DNA of 64,000 nt, from NCBI GenBank assembly GCA_009918005.1, contig RGDC01000001.1, positions 21,899 through 85,898 of the forward strand, in the 5' to 3' direction. Each line of letters opens with the position of its first letter. Within the stretch, counting starts at the first letter, position 1. Origin of the DNA: Actinomycetota bacterium (GTDB lineage: Bacteria; Actinomycetota; Actinomycetes; S36-B12; UBA5976). Shown here piece by piece: positions 20,530 to 30,863 of the stretch. The position numbers and the translations under genes are program-made. Under the pieces are notes generated by a model. It was not told where the DNA came from and ran no database searches. It saw only the letters and a program-made list of their open reading frames with translations.

Positions 20530-21394
20530 ACACTACCAATGGATGTAGCACTGAATCGGAATTTTCAAATAATCCAATTGCCTTGCCATCCGATGAAATC
20601 AACCCGACATGGCCGGAAGCTAGATCAACTGGTGCTGCTAATCTAACCCCGTTCACGGCCTTAACTGCCTCAGACTCAGATAGCACAATGTAAGGGAAGC
20701 CAATTTTGATTGCTGTCGCTAAATCCATAATCTCTGGGTTTTGCTGCAAAGACTCAAGCGACAGCATTGAATCGAAAACCCCGGAACGGGTACGCCTTAA
20801 CTCAATTAAATGTCCTCCGACTTCGAGTTGCGCGCCAATATCTCTGGCAAGGGCTCTAATGTAAGTTCCAGCACTGCAAACCACACGAACTCTTACATCG
20901 ACAACTTCTAATTCAGGGATTCGAATAATCGAAACTATTTCCAAATCATTAATCATCACACTTCGCGGCGGAATGCTGATCGCTTCGCCATCTCTTACTC
21001 TTGTGTAAGCACGCTTTCCATCAATCTTGATCGCACTAACAGCACTTGGCTGTTGCATGATTGGACCACGAAAGTCGCGGACTGTTTCAAGAATTTCACT
21101 CTCTGTTATGTGACTGGCTGAAGATTGTGTGACTAGATCCCCTTGGGCGTCATCTGTTGTTGTTGAGATACCCAGTCGAATCGTGCCTAAATATTCTTTA
21201 TCGTGAGCGGTGAAGTAGCCGAGCAATCTGGTTGCTCTACCTATCCCAATGACTAACATTCCAGTTGCCATTGGATCTAACGTGCCAGCATGACCAACTT
21301 TGCGAGTATTAAATAATTTGCGCATCTTGGCTACAACATCGTGCGATGTTGGCCCAGCCGGCTTATCAACCAGCACGATACCTTCTCGGCTCAT
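20507..21394 (-). CDS. truB: tRNA pseudouridine(55) synthase
   Basis: 'LVDKPAGPTSHDVV' and the catalytic Asp motif 'HAGTLDPMATG'. Confidence 0.95.
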   Translation of the reverse strand: MSREGIVLVDKPAGPTSHDVVAKMRKLFNTRKVGHAGTLDPMATGMLVIGIGRATRLLGYFTAHDKEYLGTIRLGISTTTDDAQGDLVTQSSASHITESEILETVRDFRGPIMQQPSAVSAIKIDGKRAYTRVRDGEAISIPPRSVMINDLEIVSIIRIPELEVVDVRVRVVCSAGTYIRALARDIGAQLEVGGHLIELRRTRSGVFDSMLSLESLQQNPEIMDLATAIKIGFPYIVLSESEAVKAVNGVRLAAPVDLASGHVGLISSDGKAIGLFENSDSVLHPLVVFATNESF

Positions 21395-21411
21395 AGCAAA
21401 CTCAACAGCTA

Positions 21412-22407
21412 CTAGCGAATAGTTTTCGCATTTAGTGACTCAATTAAGTTGGATACCGTCTCTTCTAGATTGTTAGTTGAACTATATCCAGACGCATACT
21501 TATGTCCACCGCCACCTAATTCAATTGCAATGGCACCGACATCAACAGAAGTCTTGCTGCGTAGCGAGACTTTCCAATGTCCATCATCCGCTTGCTTTAA
21601 GACCGCAGATACTTCTGCCTCCGCAGTCTTTCGCAGCGCTTCGATAACTCGCTCAACAGCAAGCTCATCAAGTCCAGGTCGTTGTGCGATTGAGACACAG
21701 GTATAGACAAGTCCCTGTCCTGATGCGGCCTCTGGTATTAGAACCGCGCGGTTGACTGCATCTCCCATCATCATTAGTGCGGCCAATGGTTCGTCATCAA
21801 ACAAAAGCCGGGACAGATTTGTGCTGTCAATTCCAGCGTCAAGCAAGCGAGCTGCAGTACGCAGTGTGTGTGAGGTTGTCGATTGGTACTTAAATGATCC
21901 GGTATCAGTTGCTAGTCCAGAATAAATAGCACCTGCAATTTCTTTGGTGATGGGCAATTCCAGGCGATCAATTAGCTCTAGAACTATTTCGGCAGTTGCA
22001 GCTGCCTTTGGATCGACTAGATGAATCGTGCCAAATCCTGTGAATGATGGATGATGATCAATTGCAATTGACACTTCTGCCGTTTCCAAAATTGCCTTTG
22101 AGGTTCCCAGACGTGTGTCCGATGAAACGTCGCAAGAAATAACTAAATCAACGGGAAGCAAATTTTCCGGAGCTTTAATCAGTTCAGTTCCTGGCAGGAA
22201 GCTCAATGAAACTGGTGTTGTAAATCCAGTTTCGCCAACGCTGACTTGAACTTTCTTTCCCATACCCTGCAATGCAAGGCCCAGGCCCAGTGCAGAACCT
22301 AAGGCATCAGCATCGGGTGTGACATGAGCAAGTAGCAAAACACTTGAAGACTCTGCGATTGCTGAAATTGCTTTATCCCACTCGGGAGATGCTGAAAATA
22401 ATGACAC
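21412..22407 (-). CDS. nrnA: DHH-family phosphoesterase (NrnA-like oligoribonuclease / pAp phosphatase)
   Basis: DHH motif 'AIDHHPS', DHHA1 'GGGGHKYASG'. Conserved position between rbfA and truB. Confidence 0.8.
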   Translation of the reverse strand: MSLFSASPEWDKAISAIAESSSVLLLAHVTPDADALGSALGLGLALQGMGKKVQVSVGETGFTTPVSLSFLPGTELIKAPENLLPVDLVISCDVSSDTRLGTSKAILETAEVSIAIDHHPSFTGFGTIHLVDPKAAATAEIVLELIDRLELPITKEIAGAIYSGLATDTGSFKYQSTTSHTLRTAARLLDAGIDSTNLSRLLFDDEPLAALMMMGDAVNRAVLIPEAASGQGLVYTCVSIAQRPGLDELAVERVIEALRKTAEAEVSAVLKQADDGHWKVSLRSKTSVDVGAIAIELGGGGHKYASGYSSTNNLEETVSNLIESLNAKTIR

Positions 22408-22412
22408 GTTAC

Positions 22413-22844
22413 CTACTCAGCAACCGAATCTGATTTCCGATACGGATCAGAATCGCCGGCATAACGTGCCCTTGATGCTTGCTCATGAACAGCCTTATCT
22501 GCAATTGCTGCTTCTTGCAATAAGTCATCAATGACTCGCACATTTTCCGGTAAGGCATCGCGGATGAATTCCACAGTCGGAGTGAACTTAATCCCAGTCC
22601 GTTTACCTATTTCGCTGCGAACCAAACCCTTGCTGGATTCCAGCGCAGCCGCAGAACTCGTTGCTTCTGCTTCCTCGCCAAACACTGTGTAAAAGACTGT
22701 TGCTTCACGTAGGTCCGCAGAGACTCGAACACTTGTTACGGTTACAAATCCAAGACGTGGATCTTTCACTTTTAGTTCTAGGGTTTCTGCAACGATCTCT
22801 TGGAATCTTTCACCCAATTTACGTGCTCTTGCTGCATCTGCCAT
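22413..22844 (-). CDS. rbfA: Ribosome-binding factor A
   Basis: RbfA-type KH fold sequence ('VTVTSVRVSADLREATVFYTV') immediately downstream of infB. Confidence 0.9.
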   Translation of the reverse strand: MADAARARKLGERFQEIVAETLELKVKDPRLGFVTVTSVRVSADLREATVFYTVFGEEAEATSSAAALESSKGLVRSEIGKRTGIKFTPTVEFIRDALPENVRVIDDLLQEAAIADKAVHEQASRARYAGDSDPYRKSDSVAE

Positions 22845-22885
22845 GTTGAGCTCCCTGGATAGATTGACGAAAATAGTGCGCAGAA

Positions 22886-25645
22886 TTAACTGCGCACTAT
22901 TTCACGCATTTCAAATGTTTCGATGATGTCGCCGACCTTGATGTCATTAAATGATCCAAGACCAATACCGCACTCGAAACCTTCACGTACTTCGGTTGCG
23001 TCATCTTTGAATCGTCGTAATGTGTCGATCGAAAGATCAGCCTGGACAACCGCTCCGTCACGGACCAATCTGGCCTTTGCTTTGCGCTTGATTTCACCAT
23101 TGAGAACCATGCAACCTGCAATGTTTCCAAACTTGCTTGAGCGGAATACGTCGCGAACTTCAGCTGAACCAAGTTCTGCCTCTTCGTACTCAGCCTTACG
23201 CATTCCCTTTAGAGCAGATTCGATGTCATCGATTACGCCGTAGATTACGTTGTAGTAACGGATCTCAACATTTTCCCGATCCGCCAAGTCGCGTGACTTA
23301 CCTTCCGGTCGCACGTTGAATCCGATGATCATGGCATCAGAAGCTGCAGCTAACGAAACGTCGTTCTCGGTGATAGCACCAACGCCGCGGTGGATAACGC
23401 GCAAAATAACGTTCTCATCATCAACGTCAATGTTTAGCAAAGCATCTTCAAGCGCTTCAACCGAACCAGAAACGTCACCCTTAATGATGATCTTGAGTTC
23501 AACAACTTCACCCTTCTCGAGTGCCTTGAGCACATCTTCTAGAGTGTGTCGTCCACGTCGCGCTGCCAATTCTGCATTGCGCTCTCGAGCGCCACGAGAT
23601 TGAGCAATCTGACGGGCAATTCGATCTTCAGCAACAACTAAGAAGCTGTCACCTGCGCTTGGCACAGAGGTAAGTCCAAGAACTTGGACAGCCCGAGCCG
23701 GCCCAGCTTCCTTAACTGGTTCCCCGTTTTCATCCATCATTGCGCGGACGCGACCGAATGCGTCGCCAACAACAATTGAATCTCCGGGACGAAGGGTTCC
23801 GCGTTGCACCAAAACAGTGGCAACAGGCCCACGACCCCGGTCAAGATTGGCTTCGATTGCCACACCCTGAGCGTCTTGAATTGGGTTAGCGCGAAGATCT
23901 AGTCCGGCATCTGCAGTTAACAAAATCGAATCAATAAGCTCAATGATGTTTAAGTTGTTCTTTGCGGATACGTCAACGAATATTGTGTCGCCACCATATT
24001 CTTCTGGGACTAATCCGTATTCCGTTAGCTGTCCACGAACCTTAGTAGAGTCAGCACCTTCTTTATCAATTTTGTTTACTGCAACAACGATTGGAACATT
24101 GGCTGCTTGTGCGTGATTCAAAGCTTCAATTGTCTGTGGCTTAACACCGTCATCAGCTGCAACTACCAAAACTGCAATGTCAGTCACCTGCGCACCACGG
24201 GCACGCATGGCGGTAAATGCCTCGTGACCCGGAGTATCAATAAATGTAATTGCGCGTTCGACGCCCTCATGAACATGGTGGATCTGATAAGCACCAATGT
24301 GCTGGGTTATTCCGCCGGCTTCCCGTTCGATGACATTTGTTTGACGAATCGCATCAAGCAATCGAGTCTTACCATGATCAACGTGACCCATAACGGTTAC
24401 AACCGGTGGACGAATTACTAAGTCTTCGGCGTCGCCTTCATCACCAAATTCAAGATCGTAGGACTCTAGAAGTTCGCGATCTTCATCTTCAGGCGAAATG
24501 ATTTGAATTTCGTAATTCAATTCCGCCCCAAGAAGTTGCAAGGTTTCTTCGTTAACAGACTGAGTGGCCGTAACCATCTCGCCCATCTTGAAAAGGATCT
24601 GAACGAGAGAGGCTGGCTCAGCATTAATTTTGTCTGCAAAGTCGCTTAACGACGATCCACGAGCAAGGCGAATTGCATCGCCACGGCCCATAGCTACAGA
24701 TGAACCACCTGTAACGGGAGCCATCATGTTGTCGAACTCTTGACGCTTTGCACGCTTTGACTTACGACCCTTTGAAGGTCGGCCGCCCGATTTACCAAAC
24801 GCACCTGCGGTGTTTCCGCGGCCACCCGTTGAATTCGGGCGACCACCTGGTCTGCCGCCTGGCGCTCCACCCGGAGCTCCACCCGGTGCACCTGCACCTG
24901 CGAAGCCACCACCAGCACCACCTGGACGAGGTCCGCCGAAGCCACCTGGACGATCTCCACCTGGACGAGGTCCGCCGAAGCCACCTGGACGATCTCCACC
25001 TGGACGACCTGCGCCACCAGGTCCACCTGGACGAGGTCCGCCAAAACCACCTGGGCGATCTCCACCTGGGCGATCTCCACCTGGACGTCCTGGACCACCT
25101 GGTCGAGCACCAGCTGGACGAGGTGCACCGGTTACTCCGCCACCTGGACGTGGTCCAGCGCTACCAGATGAGAATGGATTGTTGCCGGCGCGCGGTGGTC
25201 GCGGTGCCGAAGTAAATGGATTGTTTCCTGGGCGCGGTCCACCTGGACGTGGGCCTGGCATTGCGCCAGCAGTTGGACTTACTGGTGCAGCGGGCGCAGT
25301 CGGTGTAGCAGATGCACCTTCAGTTGATGGTGCTGCAGTAGTAACAGATGTTGACTCCACAACGGGTTCTGCAATTTGAGTTGATGCCGGAGCAGTTGGC
25401 TCATCTGAACCTGAGTCAACAGGCGCTGCAACCTTTTTTGCTGGCGCTTTTTTCGCTGGCGCAGGTGCTTTTGCTGCAGCTTCTTTAAGTTCAGGAAACT
25501 TGTCGTGTAGACGACGAATAACAGGAGCTTCGACAGTCGACGATGCCGACTTGACGTACTCACCAACTTCTTCAAGTTTTGAAATGATGTCTTTGCTTTC
25601 GACGCCTAGCGCCTTTGCAAGCTCATACACTCGGACCTTGGACAC
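22886..25645 (-). CDS. infB: Translation initiation factor IF-2
   Basis: G-domain motifs '[14 protein letters not shown]', 'DTPGHEAF', 'NKIDK', plus a long Gly/Pro/Arg-rich N-terminal region. GTG start at 25645, with GGAG 4 nt upstream. Confidence 0.97.
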   Translation of the reverse strand: MSKVRVYELAKALGVESKDIISKLEEVGEYVKSASSTVEAPVIRRLHDKFPELKEAAAKAPAPAKKAPAKKVAAPVDSGSDEPTAPASTQIAEPVVESTSVTTAAPSTEGASATPTAPAAPVSPTAGAMPGPRPGGPRPGNNPFTSAPRPPRAGNNPFSSGSAGPRPGGGVTGAPRPAGARPGGPGRPGGDRPGGDRPGGFGGPRPGGPGGAGRPGGDRPGGFGGPRPGGDRPGGFGGPRPGGAGGGFAGAGAPGGAPGGAPGGRPGGRPNSTGGRGNTAGAFGKSGGRPSKGRKSKRAKRQEFDNMMAPVTGGSSVAMGRGDAIRLARGSSLSDFADKINAEPASLVQILFKMGEMVTATQSVNEETLQLLGAELNYEIQIISPEDEDRELLESYDLEFGDEGDAEDLVIRPPVVTVMGHVDHGKTRLLDAIRQTNVIEREAGGITQHIGAYQIHHVHEGVERAITFIDTPGHEAFTAMRARGAQVTDIAVLVVAADDGVKPQTIEALNHAQAANVPIVVAVNKIDKEGADSTKVRGQLTEYGLVPEEYGGDTIFVDVSAKNNLNIIELIDSILLTADAGLDLRANPIQDAQGVAIEANLDRGRGPVATVLVQRGTLRPGDSIVVGDAFGRVRAMMDENGEPVKEAGPARAVQVLGLTSVPSAGDSFLVVAEDRIARQIAQSRGARERNAELAARRGRHTLEDVLKALEKGEVVELKIIIKGDVSGSVEALEDALLNIDVDDENVILRVIHRGVGAITENDVSLAAASDAMIIGFNVRPEGKSRDLADRENVEIRYYNVIYGVIDDIESALKGMRKAEYEEAELGSAEVRDVFRSSKFGNIAGCMVLNGEIKRKAKARLVRDGAVVQADLSIDTLRRFKDDATEVREGFECGIGLGSFNDIKVGDIIETFEMREIVRS
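24918..24995. repeat. Perfect 39-nt tandem duplication (2 copies, flanked by degenerate copies) inside the infB low-complexity region
   Basis: 24918..24956 and 24957..24995 are both 'ccacctggacgaggtccgccgaagccacctggacgatct'. On the coding strand each encodes [13 protein letters not shown]. Diverged copies continue to about 25090. Confidence 0.9.
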
Positions 25646-25703
25646 GATTCTCCAGTCTGGTCCGAGGTCTAATTAATAGATCCGAACCGTCTCTTGTTTT
25701 TGC

Positions 25704-25805
25704 GCGCTCATTTCTGAGCACTCTGCTTCTTGGTGCCCATTAGATGAGCACCTTGCCTGTTGGCGTTCATAACTAGAACGCAAGCCTGGCGTTGAACATA
25801 AACAC
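25704..25805 (-). other. Array of four evenly spaced hairpins in the nusA-infB spacer (candidate cis-acting RNA element; function unknown)
   Basis: Read on the minus (mRNA) strand:
- H1, 25805..25789: GUGUU-UAUGUUC-AACGC.
- H2, 25781..25763: GCGUUC-UAGUUAU-GAACGC.
- H3, 25751..25733: GUGCUCAU-CUA-AUGGGCAC.
- H4, 25721..25704: GUGCUCA-GAAA-UGAGCGC.
Period is about 26-30 nt, with purine-rich linkers (CAACAGGCAAG / CAAGAAGCAGAG / GCAAAAACAAGAG). Confidence 0.4.
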
Positions 25806-25909
25806 TCCCGTTTTCAGCGGTAGTTAACGGATACTTGTCTTGAGTCTAGCCGAAATTGCGCAAGCCCAGTATTCACAGGGTTTTTGAAAGTTTCTAGGCA
25901 GATTTTGAG

Positions 25910-26884
25910 CTAAACGTCGGCTGCCATATCTGACTTAATGTCGATTTTTGCCCCAGTCAATCGGGCTGCCAATCTCGCGTTTTGGCCCTCGCGGCCAATA
26001 GCAAGACTCAACTGAAAATCTGGAACTACCACTCGGACAATTCGGTTTTCTTCATCGATCAAAGTCGATGAGATAACTTTCGCAGGTGAAAGTGCATGCT
26101 TAACATACAAAGCTAAGTCGTCGCTGAAATCAACGATATCAATTTTTTCGCCACCAAGTTCGCTCATAACGGCACGCACTCGCCCACCTAAAGGACCGAT
26201 GCAGGCACCTTTTGGATTAACACTTGCAGCTTTTGTTGATACCGCAATCTTGGTCCGGTGTCCGGCTTCGCGGGCAAGCCCTTCAATCACGACTGTGCCA
26301 TCTGCAATTTCTGGAACTTCGAATTTGAATAATTCTTCTACTAACTTGGGGTGGGATCGAGAAAGCGTGATGACCGGTCCCTTGGGTCCCATCTTTACTG
26401 CAACGACGTAACACCTAATTCGAGTTCCGTGTGAGTAATCCTCGCCTGGGACGCTTTCTTCTGGCGGTAGTACTCCCTCGACTTTTCCTAGGTTCACGAA
26501 AATCAACTGACGATCGCTTCCCTGCTGAATTACACCCGAGACAATGTCGCCTTCTTTTGCCTGAAATTCGGCAACGGTTGCGTCATCATCGGCCGCTTTA
26601 AGTCTTTGCGTAATAACGCCACGTGCCAACGAGGCAGCCACTCGTCCAAAGCCTTCGGGGGTAGCTTCGAATTCCCCGATCTTTTCACCTTCGTCATTTA
26701 GTTCGTCAGCGATTACCAATACATGGCCAGTTGCACGATCAAGTTCTACGCGGGCGCTCTCGTGTGCACCTGGAGCATGCAAGTAGGCGACTAGTAGAGC
26801 TTGCTCGATAGCGTCAACAACATAATCCAAGGAGAGTCCGCGTTCTCGCGTCAAACCTTTTAAAGCTGAAACATCAATGTCCAT
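25910..26884 (-). CDS. nusA: Transcription termination/antitermination factor NusA
   Basis: S1 and two KH modules ('GACIGPLGGRVRAVMSELGGEKIDIV', 'SLAIGREGQNARLAARLTGAKIDI'). rimP-nusA-infB order. Confidence 0.95.
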   Translation of the reverse strand: MDIDVSALKGLTRERGLSLDYVVDAIEQALLVAYLHAPGAHESARVELDRATGHVLVIADELNDEGEKIGEFEATPEGFGRVAASLARGVITQRLKAADDDATVAEFQAKEGDIVSGVIQQGSDRQLIFVNLGKVEGVLPPEESVPGEDYSHGTRIRCYVVAVKMGPKGPVITLSRSHPKLVEELFKFEVPEIADGTVVIEGLAREAGHRTKIAVSTKAASVNPKGACIGPLGGRVRAVMSELGGEKIDIVDFSDDLALYVKHALSPAKVISSTLIDEENRIVRVVVPDFQLSLAIGREGQNARLAARLTGAKIDIKSDMAADV

Positions 26885-26895
26885 GGTGTGCTCTC

Positions 26896-27402
26896 TTAAT
26901 CTGACTCAAGATCATGATCGTCAGCTAAATCTGCGGCTTCAGTATCTTCCTTGGGCATCTTCTTGAATTCAATTTCGATGTTTGCACGTGAGATTTCACC
27001 TATGTTCAAAATTCTCGGTTTGCCCTTTATGTCGAGGGTCACATTCGGATCGGTAAATTTAATAATCCGCCCCACTGCATTTACGGCATCGCCAGCTACA
27101 TTCACCAGTCGGCCAACATTTCGTCTCCAGTGAGCTGGCTTTGTCAGCGGCTTCGTGACGCCACGTGTTCCAACTTCAAGTACATAAGGTTCATCCCCCA
27201 TGGCGTCAGAGGTATCTAGGAAATCCGAGATTGCCCGAGACACTGCAGCGACTTCGTCAAGGTTTACCCCCGCATCACCGTCAATTGTGACATCAAGAAT
27301 TTTTTGACCACCGGATCTAGTGATCTCAATGTCATCTAGATCTAAATCAAAGGAACCCACAACAGGCTCCAGTAATAACGAAAGGTCAGAAACTGGAATC
27401 AT
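26896..27402 (-). CDS. rimP: Ribosome maturation factor RimP
   Basis: 168-aa acidic protein immediately upstream of nusA. RimP-like 'LEVGTRGVTKPL' region. Confidence 0.85.
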   Translation of the reverse strand: MIPVSDLSLLLEPVVGSFDLDLDDIEITRSGGQKILDVTIDGDAGVNLDEVAAVSRAISDFLDTSDAMGDEPYVLEVGTRGVTKPLTKPAHWRRNVGRLVNVAGDAVNAVGRIIKFTDPNVTLDIKGKPRILNIGEISRANIEIEFKKMPKEDTEAADLADDHDLESD

Positions 27403-27485
27403 TGTCGTGCCTTTTCAATTTGGTCGAGCAGTTGTCTTTCCATCGTAGCCTGTGGTGGTGGAATTGGAAATAAGATTCAGGATCT

Positions 27486-28256
27486 TTAAATTGTGACTGC
27501 AAGTCTCACTATCAGTGCCACAAGCATGGCTAGAAATACTAGACGAACAAATGAACTTCCACGATCGAGTGCGGTTCTAGCACCTAAATATCCACCAAGC
27601 AGGTTTGCAGGTGCCATCAATGCCGCGACTCCCCAAAGTACATGTCCTCCGGGTATAAAGATGATTAGTGCCGCCAAGTTTGTTGCGACATTTACAAATT
27701 TTGCAACAGCCGAGGCGCCCAAGAAGCTGGTTCCGATAACCGTTACTAATGAAAACAGCAAAAACATTCCAGTACCTGGACCAATTAGCCCATCATAGAA
27801 ACCGATAGCTAAACCAACCAGTGGCGCAAGGAACGGAGAGGCTTCTCTTTTCGATTCAAGTTTTCCGAAGTCAGGTCGTAACAGTGTAAAGAAACCAACT
27901 GCAATCAAAATCACCAAAATTATCGGTTCGAACATCGCCCGTGAAACATTAGTCGCTAGCAATGCACCAAATATCGATCCGATGAATGCCATGCTCATCA
28001 TTGGAAGCAGAAGTTTTGCATTAACTTGAATTTGCTTACGGTAAGTGTTAGCTGCAGTGCTTGTGCCAACTATGGAGACTGCTTTGTTCGTGCCCAGAAT
28101 GCTTGCCAGGGGCACGGAGGGAAACGTCCAAAGTAGAACTGGTAGTTGGATTAATCCACCACCACCGGCTACCGCATCGACAAATCCAGCAAGAAACGCA
28201 GCAACTAGACAAATTGCAACTATCCAGATTGATAACTCGACCAATTGGAATTGCAT
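27486..28256 (-). CDS. TauE/SafE-family anion (sulfite-type) exporter
   Basis: 256-aa polytopic protein with Gly-rich TM helices ('DAVAGGGGLIQLPVL'), typical of TauE/SafE (DUF81). Confidence 0.7.
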   Translation of the reverse strand: MQFQLVELSIWIVAICLVAAFLAGFVDAVAGGGGLIQLPVLLWTFPSVPLASILGTNKAVSIVGTSTAANTYRKQIQVNAKLLLPMMSMAFIGSIFGALLATNVSRAMFEPIILVILIAVGFFTLLRPDFGKLESKREASPFLAPLVGLAIGFYDGLIGPGTGMFLLFSLVTVIGTSFLGASAVAKFVNVATNLAALIIFIPGGHVLWGVAALMAPANLLGGYLGARTALDRGSSFVRLVFLAMLVALIVRLAVTI

Positions 28257-28258
28257 CC

Positions 28259-28978
28259 CTACTGAGCACTCCAGCCGATTACCACGTTAATGACTTCACC
28301 TAGGCGTTGAACTGTGGCATCTGGCGTGATTCCCAAATCAGATGATTGTGAAGCTGGAATGTTTGAATGTGGAATCCAAATTCCTTTCATCCCAATCGAT
28401 TGTGCGCCGTGAATGTCATCAAATAATCGATCCCCGACAAATACTGCTTCTTGTGGTTCCACGTCTAAGTTGTAAAGCACATCGGCAAAAACAGATTTAT
28501 GTGGCTTTCCGGTAGCCGTTTCACTGGTGAACAGAAGGTAATCAAACAAGTGCAGGACACCATCGCGCTCTAATACTGCTTCATGATGTCTACGTGGCCA
28601 CATTGTGTTTGATAGAACTGCTGTTTTGATTCCTCGACCACGAAGTTCCTCAAGAAGTTCAATAGCTTCTGGGTCCGTATAGGTATGGGGATCCCAGCCA
28701 CTTAAGTACGTGTCTAATGCTTGGAAGTGCCGTGGGTCAGAAGTATCAACGCCAGCCTCGTGAAACAACTCATCGAGTACTCCAGTTCCAATTTCACCAT
28801 TTGTTTCAAATTGTCGAGACCAACGAGCTTGTTCTCCATGATTTAGGGTTTCCGCTAGTTGCTGGGCATTTGTAGGATCGTAAACGTTTGCGTAACCCAA
28901 CCAAAGCTCGTGAAGATCGACATTATGCCAAGGGGTGAGCGTGCCACCCCAATCGAAAACCACAGCGTTAATTGCCAT
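28259..28978 (-). CDS. HAD-superfamily hydrolase
   Basis: Motif I 'VVFDWGGTLT' has the Asp+2 position as Gly, resembling dehalogenase/phosphonatase-type HADs. Motif IV is 'VFVGDRLFDDIHGA'. Confidence 0.7.
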   Translation of the reverse strand: MAINAVVFDWGGTLTPWHNVDLHELWLGYANVYDPTNAQQLAETLNHGEQARWSRQFETNGEIGTGVLDELFHEAGVDTSDPRHFQALDTYLSGWDPHTYTDPEAIELLEELRGRGIKTAVLSNTMWPRRHHEAVLERDGVLHLFDYLLFTSETATGKPHKSVFADVLYNLDVEPQEAVFVGDRLFDDIHGAQSIGMKGIWIPHSNIPASQSSDLGITPDATVQRLGEVINVVIGWSAQ

Positions 28979-28983
28979 GGTGA

Positions 28984-30753
28984 TTACTTCTTGGTCACTA
29001 ACGACACAACCTCGGTAACAAAATCCACAACTGGCACCAGGATTTGATCTCCCGATTTGCGATCGCGTAGTTCAATCACGCCATCTGCAAGGCCTTTGCC
29101 AACAACAGCAATTGTTGGGATTCCCAACAATTCCGAGTCGTTGAATTTAACGCCAGGCGAAACACCTCGTCGGTCGTCAAACAAGACTCTCACTCCGCTT
29201 GCCTCTAATTCTTCACTGATCTTTAGGGCTACTTCAAACGGTTCGTCATCTCTACCGGTAGCAATGATATGAATGTCGGCTGGCGAAACTTCGCGTGGCC
29301 AGATTAGGCCTTTTTCATCATGTGACTGCTCTGCAATGGTCGCTACCGCACGTGACACGCCTATTCCATATGAACCCATCGTCACGGTGACAAGTTCACC
29401 GTTTTCGTCGAGCACCTTTAGGTCTAATGCCTCAGCATATTTGCGACCTAATTGGAATATGTGACCAATTTCAATGCCACGAGCGATCATTACTTCGCTT
29501 TCGCAGTTTGAACAGCCATCTCCTTGGCGAACCTCTGCCGCTTCAATGACGCCATCCCACGAAAAATCTCTACCGGCAACTAAGTCGTAGACATGGTTTC
29601 CTCGCTTATTTGCGCCAGTGATCCAACGTGAACCATTAACAACTCTCGGATCTACTAAGTATTGGATTCCTGACTTTGATTTCAATCCGAGAACTTCTGG
29701 CCCAATGTATCCCTTGACTAGTGCTGGATGTTTTTTGAAATCCTCTTCTTCAAATGCTTCAATTGAAATCGGGTGGAGAGCCGCTTCAACTCGCTTTAAA
29801 TCAACTTCGCGATCACCTGGTAAACCGATTATTAATGGGGTGCGATTGCCAGCCAGATCAACTTGCATTACAACGACATTCTTTAGAGTGTCGCCTGCGT
29901 GCCAATCACGATCAGATCTGCGCAACTCCGGTCTGGAATTCGACACCTCTACTAACGAGGCAATTGTTGGAGTATCTGGCGTATCTTCAACGTGCGCGGC
30001 TGGAATTCCACTCGGATCCATTTCAGCTGGCACCCGCGTGACGATAGCCTCCACATTTGCCGCTAGTCCACAACTTGGGCACTTTACATAGGTATCTTCG
30101 CCACTTTCACAGGTTGCCAAAAACTCTTCACTCTTTGAGCCACCCATGGCACCAGACATTGCTGAAACAATTTCGTAATTCATGCCCAGACGATCAAATG
30201 TTTTGATGTACGAATCACGATGTCGCTGGTAGGAGACATCTAGTCCTGCATCATTTATGTCGAAGGAGTATGAGTCCTTCATAACAAATTCCCGAGCTCT
30301 CAAAATTCCAGCACGTGGTCTAGCCTCATCACGGTACTTAATCTGAATGTGATAAATGCAGAGTGGAAGATCTTTATATGACGAGTACTCGCCCTTAACC
30401 ATGAGTGTGAACATTTCTTCATGAGTCGGTCCTAAAAGGTAGTCCGCTTTTTTTCGGTCCTGCAACCTGAACAAATTGTCACCATATTCATTCCATCGAC
30501 CAGTTTTTTCATAAGGCTCGCGCGGCAGCAAAGCTGGGAAGTGAACTTCTTGGAATCCTGCACTATCCATTTCTTCACGAACTATGCGTTCGACATTTCG
30601 ATAAACCAAATATCCAAGTGGGAGCCAAGACCAAATGCCTGGGCCAACTCGACGAACATATCCGCCGCGCACCAAGAGGCGGTGGCTAGGTACTTCGGCA
30701 TCCGCTGGATCCTCGCGCAATGTCCGCAAGAACAGGGTTGACATCCGTAGCAC
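28984..30753 (-). CDS. proS: Proline--tRNA ligase (bacterial type with INS editing domain)
   Basis: 589 aa with class II core motifs ('FRLQDRK', '[11 protein letters not shown]', '[10 protein letters not shown]') and a large insertion domain. Confidence 0.95.
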   Translation of the reverse strand: MLRMSTLFLRTLREDPADAEVPSHRLLVRGGYVRRVGPGIWSWLPLGYLVYRNVERIVREEMDSAGFQEVHFPALLPREPYEKTGRWNEYGDNLFRLQDRKKADYLLGPTHEEMFTLMVKGEYSSYKDLPLCIYHIQIKYRDEARPRAGILRAREFVMKDSYSFDINDAGLDVSYQRHRDSYIKTFDRLGMNYEIVSAMSGAMGGSKSEEFLATCESGEDTYVKCPSCGLAANVEAIVTRVPAEMDPSGIPAAHVEDTPDTPTIASLVEVSNSRPELRRSDRDWHAGDTLKNVVVMQVDLAGNRTPLIIGLPGDREVDLKRVEAALHPISIEAFEEEDFKKHPALVKGYIGPEVLGLKSKSGIQYLVDPRVVNGSRWITGANKRGNHVYDLVAGRDFSWDGVIEAAEVRQGDGCSNCESEVMIARGIEIGHIFQLGRKYAEALDLKVLDENGELVTVTMGSYGIGVSRAVATIAEQSHDEKGLIWPREVSPADIHIIATGRDDEPFEVALKISEELEASGVRVLFDDRRGVSPGVKFNDSELLGIPTIAVVGKGLADGVIELRDRKSGDQILVPVVDFVTEVVSLVTKK

Positions 30754-30863
30754 TAGCGCTCCTAAGGTCTAAATGAATAGTGACTCAATCGTACAGAAGA
30801 ACCCTGTTTTATCTGATTAGCCTTGGTACTGGCTAGAGCCACGTCAAATAAGGTCACAACAAA

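Noticed and set aside
24724-25379. Several 130-190-aa ORFs on both strands (24810..25379 +, 24748..25215 +, 24724..25128 -) with PPGRGPP- or VQV-type repeats
   Set aside because: They are alternative-frame or antisense readings of the repetitive Gly/Pro/Arg-coding tract of infB. Stop codons are depleted by the repeat composition, so these are not independent genes.
25701-25805. Possible miniature CRISPR-like array (palindromic ~18-nt units at a ~30-nt period)
   Set aside because: The units are not sequence-identical (about 55-60 % similarity) and the spacers are only about 11-13 nt. There are no cas genes, and the array sits inside an operon. It is better explained as RNA hairpins in the nusA-infB transcript.
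25646-25909. Intact ylxR (DUF448) gene between nusA and infB
   Set aside because: All three sense frames contain stops. No ORF with a plausible start exceeds about 36 codons. Only weak motif-level echoes of YlxR were seen, so this is treated as non-coding or decayed rather than annotated as a CDS or pseudogene.
29618-30091. 157-aa plus-strand ORF inside proS
   Set aside because: It is an antisense shadow of a confidently assigned proS, with no motifs.
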